Part shown: piece after piece, positions 6,987 through 15,300 of the stretch
How the letters are laid out: each line of letters starts with the position of its first letter
How positions within the stretch are numbered: the stretch's first letter is position 1
DNA from: a virus
Reading direction: 5' to 3' (one strand)
DNA: 64,000 nt
IMG/VR virus record: IMGVR_UViG_3300027977_000007
Notes under the pieces: model-generated
What the model was told of the DNA's origin: nothing
The model's database searches: none
The model's input: the letters and a program-made list of their open reading frames with translations, nothing else
Translations under genes and position numbers: made by a program

Positions 6987-9125
6987 TTACATACCAAATT
7001 CGTCATCTTCAGAAGATTCCAATTTTGCTAATATCATTTCAGCTCTTTTAACTGAAGGTATTGACCTATCAGAAGCTATATCATCAAATTCACTTGGTAC
7101 TATTACTGGATTTTTAACATCACCGTCAATAATAATAGCATACACACCAGACTCAGTACCTTTACGCAATTGTAAAGAACCACCACTAGACTTAGCTGGC
7201 TTGATTGGTACTACAACTTCATCTTCATCTTCATCGTCAGAATCTAAATCAATTGATAGATTTTTGATGTCTTTTTTTGATGGCTCTTTATCATCAAAAG
7301 ATGAACTATCATCATCACTCTTGGCCCAATTAGCATCATCAGTTTCTGGCTCGTCACCTTCATCACCTTCTTCATCACCTTCTTCATCGTCAAGACCCAA
7401 AGCTTCCATCATTGTATCAACATCCATTTCTTCCATTTCGTCAATCATATCATCGTCATCAGTATCCTCAGATTCTTTCAAATGAACATGTTTCTTAGCC
7501 TCTGGTGCTTGTGTTGTTCCAGTTTCTTCCCATTGACCAACCTTTGGCTTAGGTGCTTGTGTACCCTTATCAGTAGATGTCGAACCTTCGATGTGTTTCT
7601 TAGCATCTTTAGCACTTGAAACGGCTTTATCTAAATCACCTTCGGTAGCACTAGTAGAATCGATATCTTCTGATTCACCAAGCAATACCTTTGATTTGTT
7701 CCAAATATCACCAAAAACTGCATTTTCATTGATTCTAGCGTTACCCTTAACCAATCCAAGAGTATCCTGTGATTTGTAACCATACAATGCTTTCATTCTA
7801 TTGATATCCTCATTAACCAATTTGCTATCAGCAGCTGTTAAAACAACGGCTTTACCTTCAGATAATGTACCTTCCCAACGGATGCGGTATGATTCGTTAC
7901 CATCAGTCATATCGAATGTTTTTTTATCGACTCTATAACCTTCAGGTATAAGTTTTAATGCATTTCCTAATCCATTAAACTTCTCTTTAAACTTTAATCT
8001 TATCATTTTTTCTTTTATTTTTGTATTTTTATTGTTATCGTTTTCATACAAATCACGCATTGCTGCTTTTTCTAATTTTGTTGCTACTGATTTTGCGGTG
8101 TGATACGCCTTATTAAAGTCTTTTTTAATTAATAATGCTTCTACTTTTCTAACAGCGTCACCATAATCCATACTATCAGGCATATGTGAAACCAAACCAC
8201 TACTACTTAAAGCATCTATTATTTTAACTGCTGTTTCGTGCTCACCATATTTTTCTATCATATTTTTAATAGCATTCATATTTTTTTCGGAAATTGGTGG
8301 TTTAGCTGCTGCCATTTCATCTATTGGTGATTGTTGATTGTACGAATACCAATTATTAGCGTCAGATGGGTCAATACCATTTTTCATTAAATAGCTTTTA
8401 CCCACTATCTTAAAGTCAGATAATTTATTATCTGGAAAATTATCACTGATGTCCGTTTTTACGGATTGTTTAATACTATCACTATCTTCGCCAGTATAAT
8501 CCCAACCGTCAGCTATTTTATTGTCAGCTTTAAATACTGCAAAGTGTGTATAACCACCACCTAAATTTTTAATTGTATTTTCTTCAATAGCATAAGGCTT
8601 ATGTCCAGTATCTTTTAAATCGGCTTGTATATCACGACCTCTAAGATTAAGAGTCGGGGTTTGTTCACTTCTTTTTTTAGCTGAAGCTTTGATTCGTTTA
8701 ACCAAGTTTTTACCAAAGTCAGGGCCAGTAAAGCCTTGTTGTTTTGGAACCACATTAGCCCATTCTGAATTATTACCCATTCGGCTACTACCTTCAATTG
8801 CTTCTAAGGCTTTTTCGGTAAAAGCATCATCTGGTTTATTGGTATATTGAATCATTTCTTGACCATTCATGATTTCCATTTCACTATGGTAGGTTTCTTC
8901 GAAATCATCAGTATAAACATACTTGTTTGGTGCCATTTCTTTAGAATTTGGGTCAGTCTTAACCGCATTTTCAAAATCACCAACCTTCTTTTCAATATCC
9001 TTAACACCAGCTTTATTTATCTTACCACTTTCTTTTTTGTTTTTGTCAGTAACAGTTATACCAGGTGTTGTAGCTTCAGATAAGAAAGACTCATTTAAGT
9101 ATTTTTTTATTATATTTTTATCCAT
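6987..9125 (-). CDS. hypothetical, probable head/internal virion protein with very acidic C-terminal region
   Basis: 712 aa; IKKYLNE N-terminus, many (I/L)xE sites, D/E-rich tail; TATTTATA at 9141-9148. Confidence 0.6.
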   Translation of the reverse strand: MDKNIIKKYLNESFLSEATTPGITVTDKNKKESGKINKAGVKDIEKKVGDFENAVKTDPNSKEMAPNKYVYTDDFEETYHSEMEIMNGQEMIQYTNKPDDAFTEKALEAIEGSSRMGNNSEWANVVPKQQGFTGPDFGKNLVKRIKASAKKRSEQTPTLNLRGRDIQADLKDTGHKPYAIEENTIKNLGGGYTHFAVFKADNKIADGWDYTGEDSDSIKQSVKTDISDNFPDNKLSDFKIVGKSYLMKNGIDPSDANNWYSYNQQSPIDEMAAAKPPISEKNMNAIKNMIEKYGEHETAVKIIDALSSSGLVSHMPDSMDYGDAVRKVEALLIKKDFNKAYHTAKSVATKLEKAAMRDLYENDNNKNTKIKEKMIRLKFKEKFNGLGNALKLIPEGYRVDKKTFDMTDGNESYRIRWEGTLSEGKAVVLTAADSKLVNEDINRMKALYGYKSQDTLGLVKGNARINENAVFGDIWNKSKVLLGESEDIDSTSATEGDLDKAVSSAKDAKKHIEGSTSTDKGTQAPKPKVGQWEETGTTQAPEAKKHVHLKESEDTDDDDMIDEMEEMDVDTMMEALGLDDEEGDEEGDEGDEPETDDANWAKSDDDSSSFDDKEPSKKDIKNLSIDLDSDDEDEDEVVVPIKPAKSSGGSLQLRKGTESGVYAIIIDGDVKNPVIVPSEFDDIASDRSIPSVKRAEMILAKLESSEDDEFGM

Positions 9126-9178
9126 TTATTTTGGTTTAATTATAAATATCATGCTTTTTATCAAAGTTAATTTTAAAA

Positions 9179-10537
9179 TTAACCTAATGAGGGTGCGTTT
9201 ATATTACCGTTACTTTTTTTAATCTTAACTACATTATCTACAGCACCAGTACTACAACCACCATTCTGTGCTGTTTTATTATTATTTAACTTTGTACAGT
9301 CATCTGTCTCAACAAATCCACCACCAGCGTATTGTGTTTTCTTAAAGGCTTTTGGTGCCTTAGCTTTTTTAAATGAACCATCACGATTAATATTTGGTAA
9401 TGCATTTGCATCATATTGATAGCTACCAGCACTACCAGCTGATGTCATCTCTTTGACTACTGGTGTATTCATATCATCTATTGGCATATCCTTCTTTATC
9501 ATAGGGCCTGATAATGGCCCTACAAAGGCTCCAGATGATGCAGCACTAGTCATCTCATTAATACTACCAAGAATACTTGTTATCTTCCTATCTTTATCGT
9601 ATAGGTTTAAAAGTTCATTCTTTAATTGGTCGTCAATCTTAACGATATCCACACCATTTTCCCAATCATTAACACCAACACCCTTAGATAGCTTTGGTAA
9701 ATTAAAATTGATATACCTTTCTATTACATCACCATCTATGTCAAAATCATCAGCGCCTATTTCAACCTCAGCATAATCCTTTAATTCGTCTTTACCTAAG
9801 TTATCAAAATAACACACGTAGTATTTACCTGATTCACTTTTTAATATTGCAATTTCTTGATTTGAAGCAATTACCTTAAGTATTATTTTTTTAGGTCTAA
9901 TTGGTTCGCTATATTCTGGTGCCGATTGATTCCAAGGTGATGTTGGGGAGAATTCTGTACCTGGAGCATAATTACTACCATCTTCAACTGCCTCGGTCTC
10001 TAAAGCTTTATTACCACCAATAAGACTACTTAATTCTTTCTCTAGGGCCGACATTGCTTGTTCAGGTGAACCTAGTGTTTTTGATAAGGTATGTTTACCA
10101 TTATCTGTAATTATTAAACCCTTAGATTTTAACGTATCAACAATTTTATCGTATGAAAGACCTTTAGATTTCCAAAAATCTGATAATTCTTCTGATTTAC
10201 GGTATAAAAATTTAACTAATTCTTTAGTTTCTCTTTTTAAATCAGAATCACCCTCAGTCATTGGTGAGCTAAATTTTTGTGCCGACATCGGTAGTGACGT
10301 ATTGGGCTTACTAATATCGAAGTCATCCTCTTTCAAGTTTTGAATATCAGCATTTACTGTTTCCTTTTTAAAGGTTTTATCAATACCATTTAGTGCTTCA
10401 TTTATAAGACCAGAGGCAAATATTCTATTATATTGTTCCTTGGTTACCTTTAATGTAGGTTTTTTATTAGTAGATTCTTTAATAGTACCTATACCTAATA
10501 ATCTAGCTTGCTTATTGGTGATTATTATTTTTTTCAT
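9179..10537 (-). CDS. hypothetical, probable head/internal virion protein
   Basis: 452 aa; MKKIIITNKQ and LKVTKEQY motifs, repeated EMTSA(A/G)S(S/A)G. Confidence 0.6.
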   Translation of the reverse strand: MKKIIITNKQARLLGIGTIKESTNKKPTLKVTKEQYNRIFASGLINEALNGIDKTFKKETVNADIQNLKEDDFDISKPNTSLPMSAQKFSSPMTEGDSDLKRETKELVKFLYRKSEELSDFWKSKGLSYDKIVDTLKSKGLIITDNGKHTLSKTLGSPEQAMSALEKELSSLIGGNKALETEAVEDGSNYAPGTEFSPTSPWNQSAPEYSEPIRPKKIILKVIASNQEIAILKSESGKYYVCYFDNLGKDELKDYAEVEIGADDFDIDGDVIERYINFNLPKLSKGVGVNDWENGVDIVKIDDQLKNELLNLYDKDRKITSILGSINEMTSAASSGAFVGPLSGPMIKKDMPIDDMNTPVVKEMTSAGSAGSYQYDANALPNINRDGSFKKAKAPKAFKKTQYAGGGFVETDDCTKLNNNKTAQNGGCSTGAVDNVVKIKKSNGNINAPSLG

Positions 10538-10539
10538 AT

Positions 10540-10782
10540 TTAACTATTTTTATTACTTAAACCACTCTTCCAAACAGCTCTTTTAATCCAAAGTTGTTTG
10601 TAAAGTTGTGTTAGTACGTTACTTGTTATGTCAACTACTTTATCTTCAAGGTCTTTATCATTCTTAAGTTTATCTTTAATGATTTTTTCAATCTTTAATT
10701 TGAACTCATTACTATTAACATAAACTTTCAATTCTTTAGATATGTCAGCCTTGGTTAAATCTTCATTTATACGTTCTTTCAT
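10540..10782 (-). CDS. hypothetical protein (80 aa)
   Basis: ORF track; TATTTATA at 10802-10809. Confidence 0.7.
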   Translation of the reverse strand: MKERINEDLTKADISKELKVYVNSNEFKLKIEKIIKDKLKNDKDLEDKVVDITSNVLTQLYKQLWIKRAVWKSGLSNKNS

Positions 10783-10822
10783 TATAAGAATATTTGTTCT
10801 ATATAAATATAAGTATAATAAG

Positions 10823-10850
10823 AAAAAAAGCCCACTAGTGGGCTTTTTTT
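10823..10850. terminator. intrinsic terminator (palindrome)
   Basis: aaaaaaagcccactagtgggcttttttt. Confidence 0.8.
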
Positions 10851-10872
10851 TATCTTATATTATATACCTATA

Positions 10873-11343
10873 CTAACGAGTTGTTAATGTTAAGGCTAAA
10901 ACAATAGATGGTAACACTACAGAGCCAACAAAGCCTATTATTTTAAGGGTTTTTTGCTTTCTAACCTCTCTTTTTAATCGCTTAATTGTTTCTTCATATA
11001 TCTTTATTTCAGAACCCTTATTTTCAAGCAATAATCTTAAATTATCAGCTAAGTTTTCTTGGTTGGCCGATTTATGTTGAAGAATCTTTATTTCTTCAAG
11101 CTGTAGTTCAATGGTATGACTCTTTAGTGAATCACTAATAACGTAGTTATTTATTATGCTATCAGCAATATCTTTTTCTAAAATTGCAATTAAGATAATC
11201 TTAGCATCAGCTAAGCTCATCTCAATTGTTGTATCACCATTATTTACGTGTGTCTGTACTCTTGGTGTTGTTTTCGAGATATTTTGTGATACCATCGGCA
11301 ACGCCATTAGCAGACAACCTATTAACATTATTAGGTATCTCAT
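10873..11343 (-). CDS. signal-peptide/coiled-coil protein with C-terminal hydrophobic anchor (spanin-like partner)
   Basis: MRYLIMLIGCLLMALPMVSQ N-terminus; 104-nt out-of-frame overlap with the upstream gene. Confidence 0.55.
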   Translation of the reverse strand: MRYLIMLIGCLLMALPMVSQNISKTTPRVQTHVNNGDTTIEMSLADAKIILIAILEKDIADSIINNYVISDSLKSHTIELQLEEIKILQHKSANQENLADNLRLLLENKGSEIKIYEETIKRLKREVRKQKTLKIIGFVGSVVLPSIVLALTLTTR

Positions 11344-11632
11344 TTTTTCTATTTTTTAGGCTATCTAATTTTGATTGAATCAAAGCTATTTCAATCATTG
11401 TTATTTCTATTTCCTTTTGAATAACAACCAATTTAGTATCTAGTATCTTATTGACTAGAATTAAGCTATCATTCTTTTTGGTAATTAATATATTTTGCGC
11501 TTCTAGGGCTTTAATTTCAGATTTTTTATAATCTATATTACTACGCTGACCGAAAAAGAAGCTAATTATTAAACCAATAGACAAGACTGCTATAAAGACA
11601 AGTTTTATGTCAATTTTTTTAATGTCTATCAT
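11240..11632 (-). CDS. N-terminal TM + coiled-coil protein (i-spanin-like)
   Basis: LVFIAVLSIGLIISFFFG followed by heptads. Confidence 0.55.
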   Translation of the reverse strand: MIDIKKIDIKLVFIAVLSIGLIISFFFGQRSNIDYKKSEIKALEAQNILITKKNDSLILVNKILDTKLVVIQKEIEITMIEIALIQSKLDSLKNRKNEIPNNVNRLSANGVADGITKYLENNTKSTDTRK

Positions 11633-11640
11633 CTTTTATA

Positions 11641-12066
11641 TTAATTAAATTCTGTTGTTATTTTTTTTGCCCATTCGTCTTTCCAATTTTTAAAATAACC
11701 CTGCAATTTTCTAAGTATTTCGTTATTCGTATCATTTAAACCAATTGAATCGGTATCTATTTGTACTTCATCCTCACGTAGCACCATTCGATATTTAACA
11801 CGACCATTTAGTAGCGTACCCTCAATGATAACATTATTATCAACTGGGTATATCTTAAAGTTTGTTATTTGAACGCTTGGGTCTATCATCTCAGATAATT
11901 TTTTATATTCATCATTAAATATAGAATTACCTTTTGTCGGTGAAATTGTATCATTATCGTTAGATGTTGTTTGGTCAACGGCTTCCGTTAAGACTTTCTT
12001 GTAACCACCTCGAATCATTAGCATCATCTTCTTGGTCATGTCAAATTCATTAATCTGTTCTTTCAT
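11641..12066 (-). CDS. hypothetical protein (141 aa)
   Basis: ORF track. Confidence 0.75.
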   Translation of the reverse strand: MKEQINEFDMTKKMMLMIRGGYKKVLTEAVDQTTSNDNDTISPTKGNSIFNDEYKKLSEMIDPSVQITNFKIYPVDNNVIIEGTLLNGRVKYRMVLREDEVQIDTDSIGLNDTNNEILRKLQGYFKNWKDEWAKKITTEFN

Positions 12067-12673
12067 CTTCTAGGTTTTTTTTAAATAACTCAAAATCCCA
12101 CGTAGGGTTTAAATCAGTATAATATCGTTCAATGTTACTTCGGTATAACACACCAGTATAATCATACACACCGTTAACCTTAGTATTATGCCCCATGGCT
12201 GTTTTAGGTATATCAAACCTATCACATAGTGTCACCACTAACTCACTAACGGCTTCAAATTGTTCCTGAGTATATTGAGGCCAATAATTATAACCTCTCC
12301 ACGTTTTATCAATAACATTGTTCGATTGACTATAAATATCACCTAACCATGTAATAAGTTCATTCTCATTTGAATTATTTTTAATAAGATAACTATCATT
12401 TTCTACAACTATTATAATGTTACCATTATTAAAATTTTTATCTTTAAAAAACTCACTAGTGTATTTAGGGTTAAAGTGCATATATATCAAACCACTTGTT
12501 GTAACGGTAAATGACGCAGTTTTTGTGTATCTACCATTGTATCTACTTAACCAACCAATAACATGACGCATATCATTATTATTACTATTTGTTAATATAA
12601 TACGTTTTTTATCATGTTCAACTGGAATATAATTAGACGTTGGTAACGGATAGGTTTTATCATCAATTATCAT
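12050..12673 (-). CDS. N-acetylmuramoyl-L-alanine amidase (Amidase_2)-like protein, apparently degenerate
   Basis: KKRIIL, ASFTVTTSGLIY, YTQEQFEAVSELVVTLCDRFDIP, GH, TDLNP; the usual HHT position reads TNS. Confidence 0.7.
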   Translation of the reverse strand: MIIDDKTYPLPTSNYIPVEHDKKRIILTNSNNNDMRHVIGWLSRYNGRYTKTASFTVTTSGLIYMHFNPKYTSEFFKDKNFNNGNIIIVVENDSYLIKNNSNENELITWLGDIYSQSNNVIDKTWRGYNYWPQYTQEQFEAVSELVVTLCDRFDIPKTAMGHNTKVNGVYDYTGVLYRSNIERYYTDLNPTWDFELFKKNLEDERTD

Positions 12674-13779
12674 GAATTTCGTTTAAATATTACCTTATCA
12701 GTGTTACCATTCTTGACTATCTTATTAGAACCTATACGCTCAATTGAGCTTGACTTAGGGTTTGGAACATTCACTGAAAACCCTCTATCATTAACACCTC
12801 TAATATCGTCTAAGGTTACTTTACCAGTCGGTATAACTGGATTTCTTTGTTTTAACGATGTTTCTGGGGCTTCTGTTGGTGTTTCTGTTACTATAGGTAT
12901 GGTAACGGCTTTTGTTAGTGTTTCTAGCGCTAGAGGCTCTGTAATGGGTTCTTTAGGTTTTACGACCAATACTGGTTGTTCGTATTTTTTGCTTTCAACC
13001 TCAAAAATTCTATTGGTTATTAATATCAACGCTATTGCAAATGGGTCAAAAACAAATATTAATAATAATATTAGTATATTAACAACCTTATCTATTGGTT
13101 GGTTGGTTAAATTTGAGATATATTTTAATGGCCCGATTTCACCAGCAACATCACTATTAGTATTTAAGGTTAATATTTGTATGTTATAATTACCAATAGA
13201 GTCAGATAATGCAGCGTTTTTAATATTTATTGCATCTGTCTCAGCTGATAATTTATCAATCTCAGTATTAGCAATCATAATATCATTTCTAGCTCTAGAC
13301 TTAGATGTATTGGTGGTCGATTCATCTAAACGCTTTTCTTGTGTCGCCCTAAGTTCTATTAATTGGTCAATGCGTCTATTTTTATTGGTTATAATTTTTT
13401 CATTATCGGTAATTGTTTTTTCAAATAATATTTTCTTATTATCTAATACACCAATCTCACCTTCATGTATTTCAACCTTATTGGCTGTTTTTTGGTAAGC
13501 ATTTGATAGGAAGCCGTAAATACCAGCTGACGTTATTACCATCATTACTATAACAGCAACCGTTGCATACGCTTTCAACACTCCTTTTAGGTCACCCCAA
13601 TATCTATGTAATGCTGTTGTCGCAGCAATCTTACTAATTTCTAAAACACTAGCCATTATAATAACAGCAGTACCAGCACCAGCAAATAACTGGCTTAAAC
13701 CAAAAACTGAAAAATATCCAGCACAACCAGCAACCGCTAGGGCTAATATTAACATTAAATACCCAAATTTATATTTCAT
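12670..13779 (-). CDS. multi-TM membrane protein with long coiled coil
   Basis: N-terminal TM helices, coiled coil, and a further TM (ILILLLIFVFDPFAIALILI). Confidence 0.75.
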   Translation of the reverse strand: MKYKFGYLMLILALAVAGCAGYFSVFGLSQLFAGAGTAVIIMASVLEISKIAATTALHRYWGDLKGVLKAYATVAVIVMMVITSAGIYGFLSNAYQKTANKVEIHEGEIGVLDNKKILFEKTITDNEKIITNKNRRIDQLIELRATQEKRLDESTTNTSKSRARNDIMIANTEIDKLSAETDAINIKNAALSDSIGNYNIQILTLNTNSDVAGEIGPLKYISNLTNQPIDKVVNILILLLIFVFDPFAIALILITNRIFEVESKKYEQPVLVVKPKEPITEPLALETLTKAVTIPIVTETPTEAPETSLKQRNPVIPTGKVTLDDIRGVNDRGFSVNVPNPKSSSIERIGSNKIVKNGNTDKVIFKRNS

Positions 13780-13814
13780 ATATTATTCTTTATGCATTAT
13801 AAATATCTAAAACT

Positions 13815-13839
13815 AAAAAAGGATGCTAAACTGCATCCT
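13815..13839 (-). terminator. intrinsic terminator after sigma factor gene
   Basis: aaaaaaggatgc-taaact-gcatcct (U-tract on minus strand). Confidence 0.65.
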
Positions 13840-13847
13840 AATTTAAT

Positions 13848-14678
13848 TTATTCGTTTATTAGATTGTATAGGTCGTGACTATTAAAACGTAATTTCATTA
13901 AGGCTTTATTTTTTACTTGTCGAATGCGTTCTTTGGTTAGGCCGTATCGTTCACCAATGGCTTCAAGTGTCATAGTCTCGCATTCGGTGTTTAAACCAAA
14001 ATACGATTCGATAATCTCTCTTTCCCTCTCATCTAATAATGATAAAACATTATCTAATCCAGCTTTAATTCTGTCATCAACTACCAATTTATCCTCATCG
14101 TCAACCTCACTAACTAATAGTTCAATAAATTCAGTACCATCTTCACCAAGAACATCATTTAATGACGAGTGTCTTGGATAATTAATTATTGAGACAGGTA
14201 TGTTATTTCTATCCAATATATCACCATATACTGGTTCCCTTTCATTTAGGGCCTCAAACTTTAAAATTTCTTTATTTTGTGCTGATATTTTATTAATAAT
14301 ATTAGCTGGCAACCTAACAACCCTAGCATTTTCATTTAGACTTTGTAGTATTGATTGTTTAATCCACCATACGGCATATGATATAAATCTAAAGCCTTTC
14401 TTATGGTCAAATCTAGTGGCAGCTTTTATTAAGCCATAATTACCCTCGTTGATTAAATCCGATAAGGGTAACCCCTGACCCTGATACTCTTTAGCTATTG
14501 AAACTACAAACTTTAGATTTGCATTTACTAAGGTATCAATTGCTTTTTGGTCCCCTTTTACTATTCTCTTAGCTAAGCTAAGCTCTTCTTTTTGTGTTAG
14601 AATAACTGATTTTCTAACATCTTTAAAATATATTGCAATGCTATCCTCAGCATCAAAACTTACAAATCTTTTACTCAT
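13848..14678 (-). CDS. RNA polymerase sigma-70 factor, RpoD/SigA family (Bacteroidetes-type, no region 1.1)
   Basis: ANLKFVVSIAKEY, DLINEGNYGLIKAATRFD, GFRFISYAVWWIKQSI, region 4 TLEAIGERYGLTKERIRQV. Confidence 0.93.
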   Translation of the reverse strand: MSKRFVSFDAEDSIAIYFKDVRKSVILTQKEELSLAKRIVKGDQKAIDTLVNANLKFVVSIAKEYQGQGLPLSDLINEGNYGLIKAATRFDHKKGFRFISYAVWWIKQSILQSLNENARVVRLPANIINKISAQNKEILKFEALNEREPVYGDILDRNNIPVSIINYPRHSSLNDVLGEDGTEFIELLVSEVDDEDKLVVDDRIKAGLDNVLSLLDEREREIIESYFGLNTECETMTLEAIGERYGLTKERIRQVKNKALMKLRFNSHDLYNLINE

Positions 14679-14761
14679 TGTACTATCGCACTTTCATCTT
14701 TATTTTTGTTATTGTAGTTATTAAATATAAGCATTTTTTTTTAAAAGTCAAGCTTTTTAGC

Positions 14762-15226
14762 TTATTTTCTTTGTTTTATTAGGTCTCTTAACTCAGCCGC
14801 CTTCATGTAATCTTCACGAACTAAAGCCTCATTTAGTTGGTCGTCTAAGCTTACCTTAATCTCAGTCCTTTGATAAGAATCTTTTTTCGATGATGTATCA
14901 ACATCATGAATCAATTTATTCGTCATAGACTCAATATCTACCTTATTTAGAAACCCAAACAGACCATCTGTTATTTCATCCTTTATAAAGCCAAATGCTG
15001 AAGTTTTAGAATCTAATTCAAAGATTAGAAAATTACGTTTGTTATCTGTGAAAAAATGCCTTAACTCCACTGGTGTCATCACTGACACGAAGGTTGCAAT
15101 CATTAACCCACCATGCATAACGGTATTGGGCTTAATTTCACTAATTGATTCTATTTCAACAACACCACCAGTTGTATTGCCTATCATTACAATACAGTAG
15201 TTCCTAAATTTACTATTATTAGTCAT
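14762..15226 (-). CDS. protein with C-terminal UVR (UvrB/UvrC) coiled-coil motif
   Basis: LDDQLNEALVREDYMKAAELRDLIK. Confidence 0.75.
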   Translation of the reverse strand: MTNNSKFRNYCIVMIGNTTGGVVEIESISEIKPNTVMHGGLMIATFVSVMTPVELRHFFTDNKRNFLIFELDSKTSAFGFIKDEITDGLFGFLNKVDIESMTNKLIHDVDTSSKKDSYQRTEIKVSLDDQLNEALVREDYMKAAELRDLIKQRK

Positions 15227-15246
15227 AGAGTTCCAATTTTATTTAT

Positions 15247-15277
15247 CAAAGGTACGATAATTTTATCGTATAACCAA
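15247..15277 (-). promoter_or_regulatory. Bacteroidetes-type -33/-7 promoter (TTG-N20-TACCTTTG)
   Basis: Intergenic, upstream of 14762..15226. Confidence 0.75.
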
Positions 15278-15300
15278 GTCTTGTACGAATAATTTTATGC

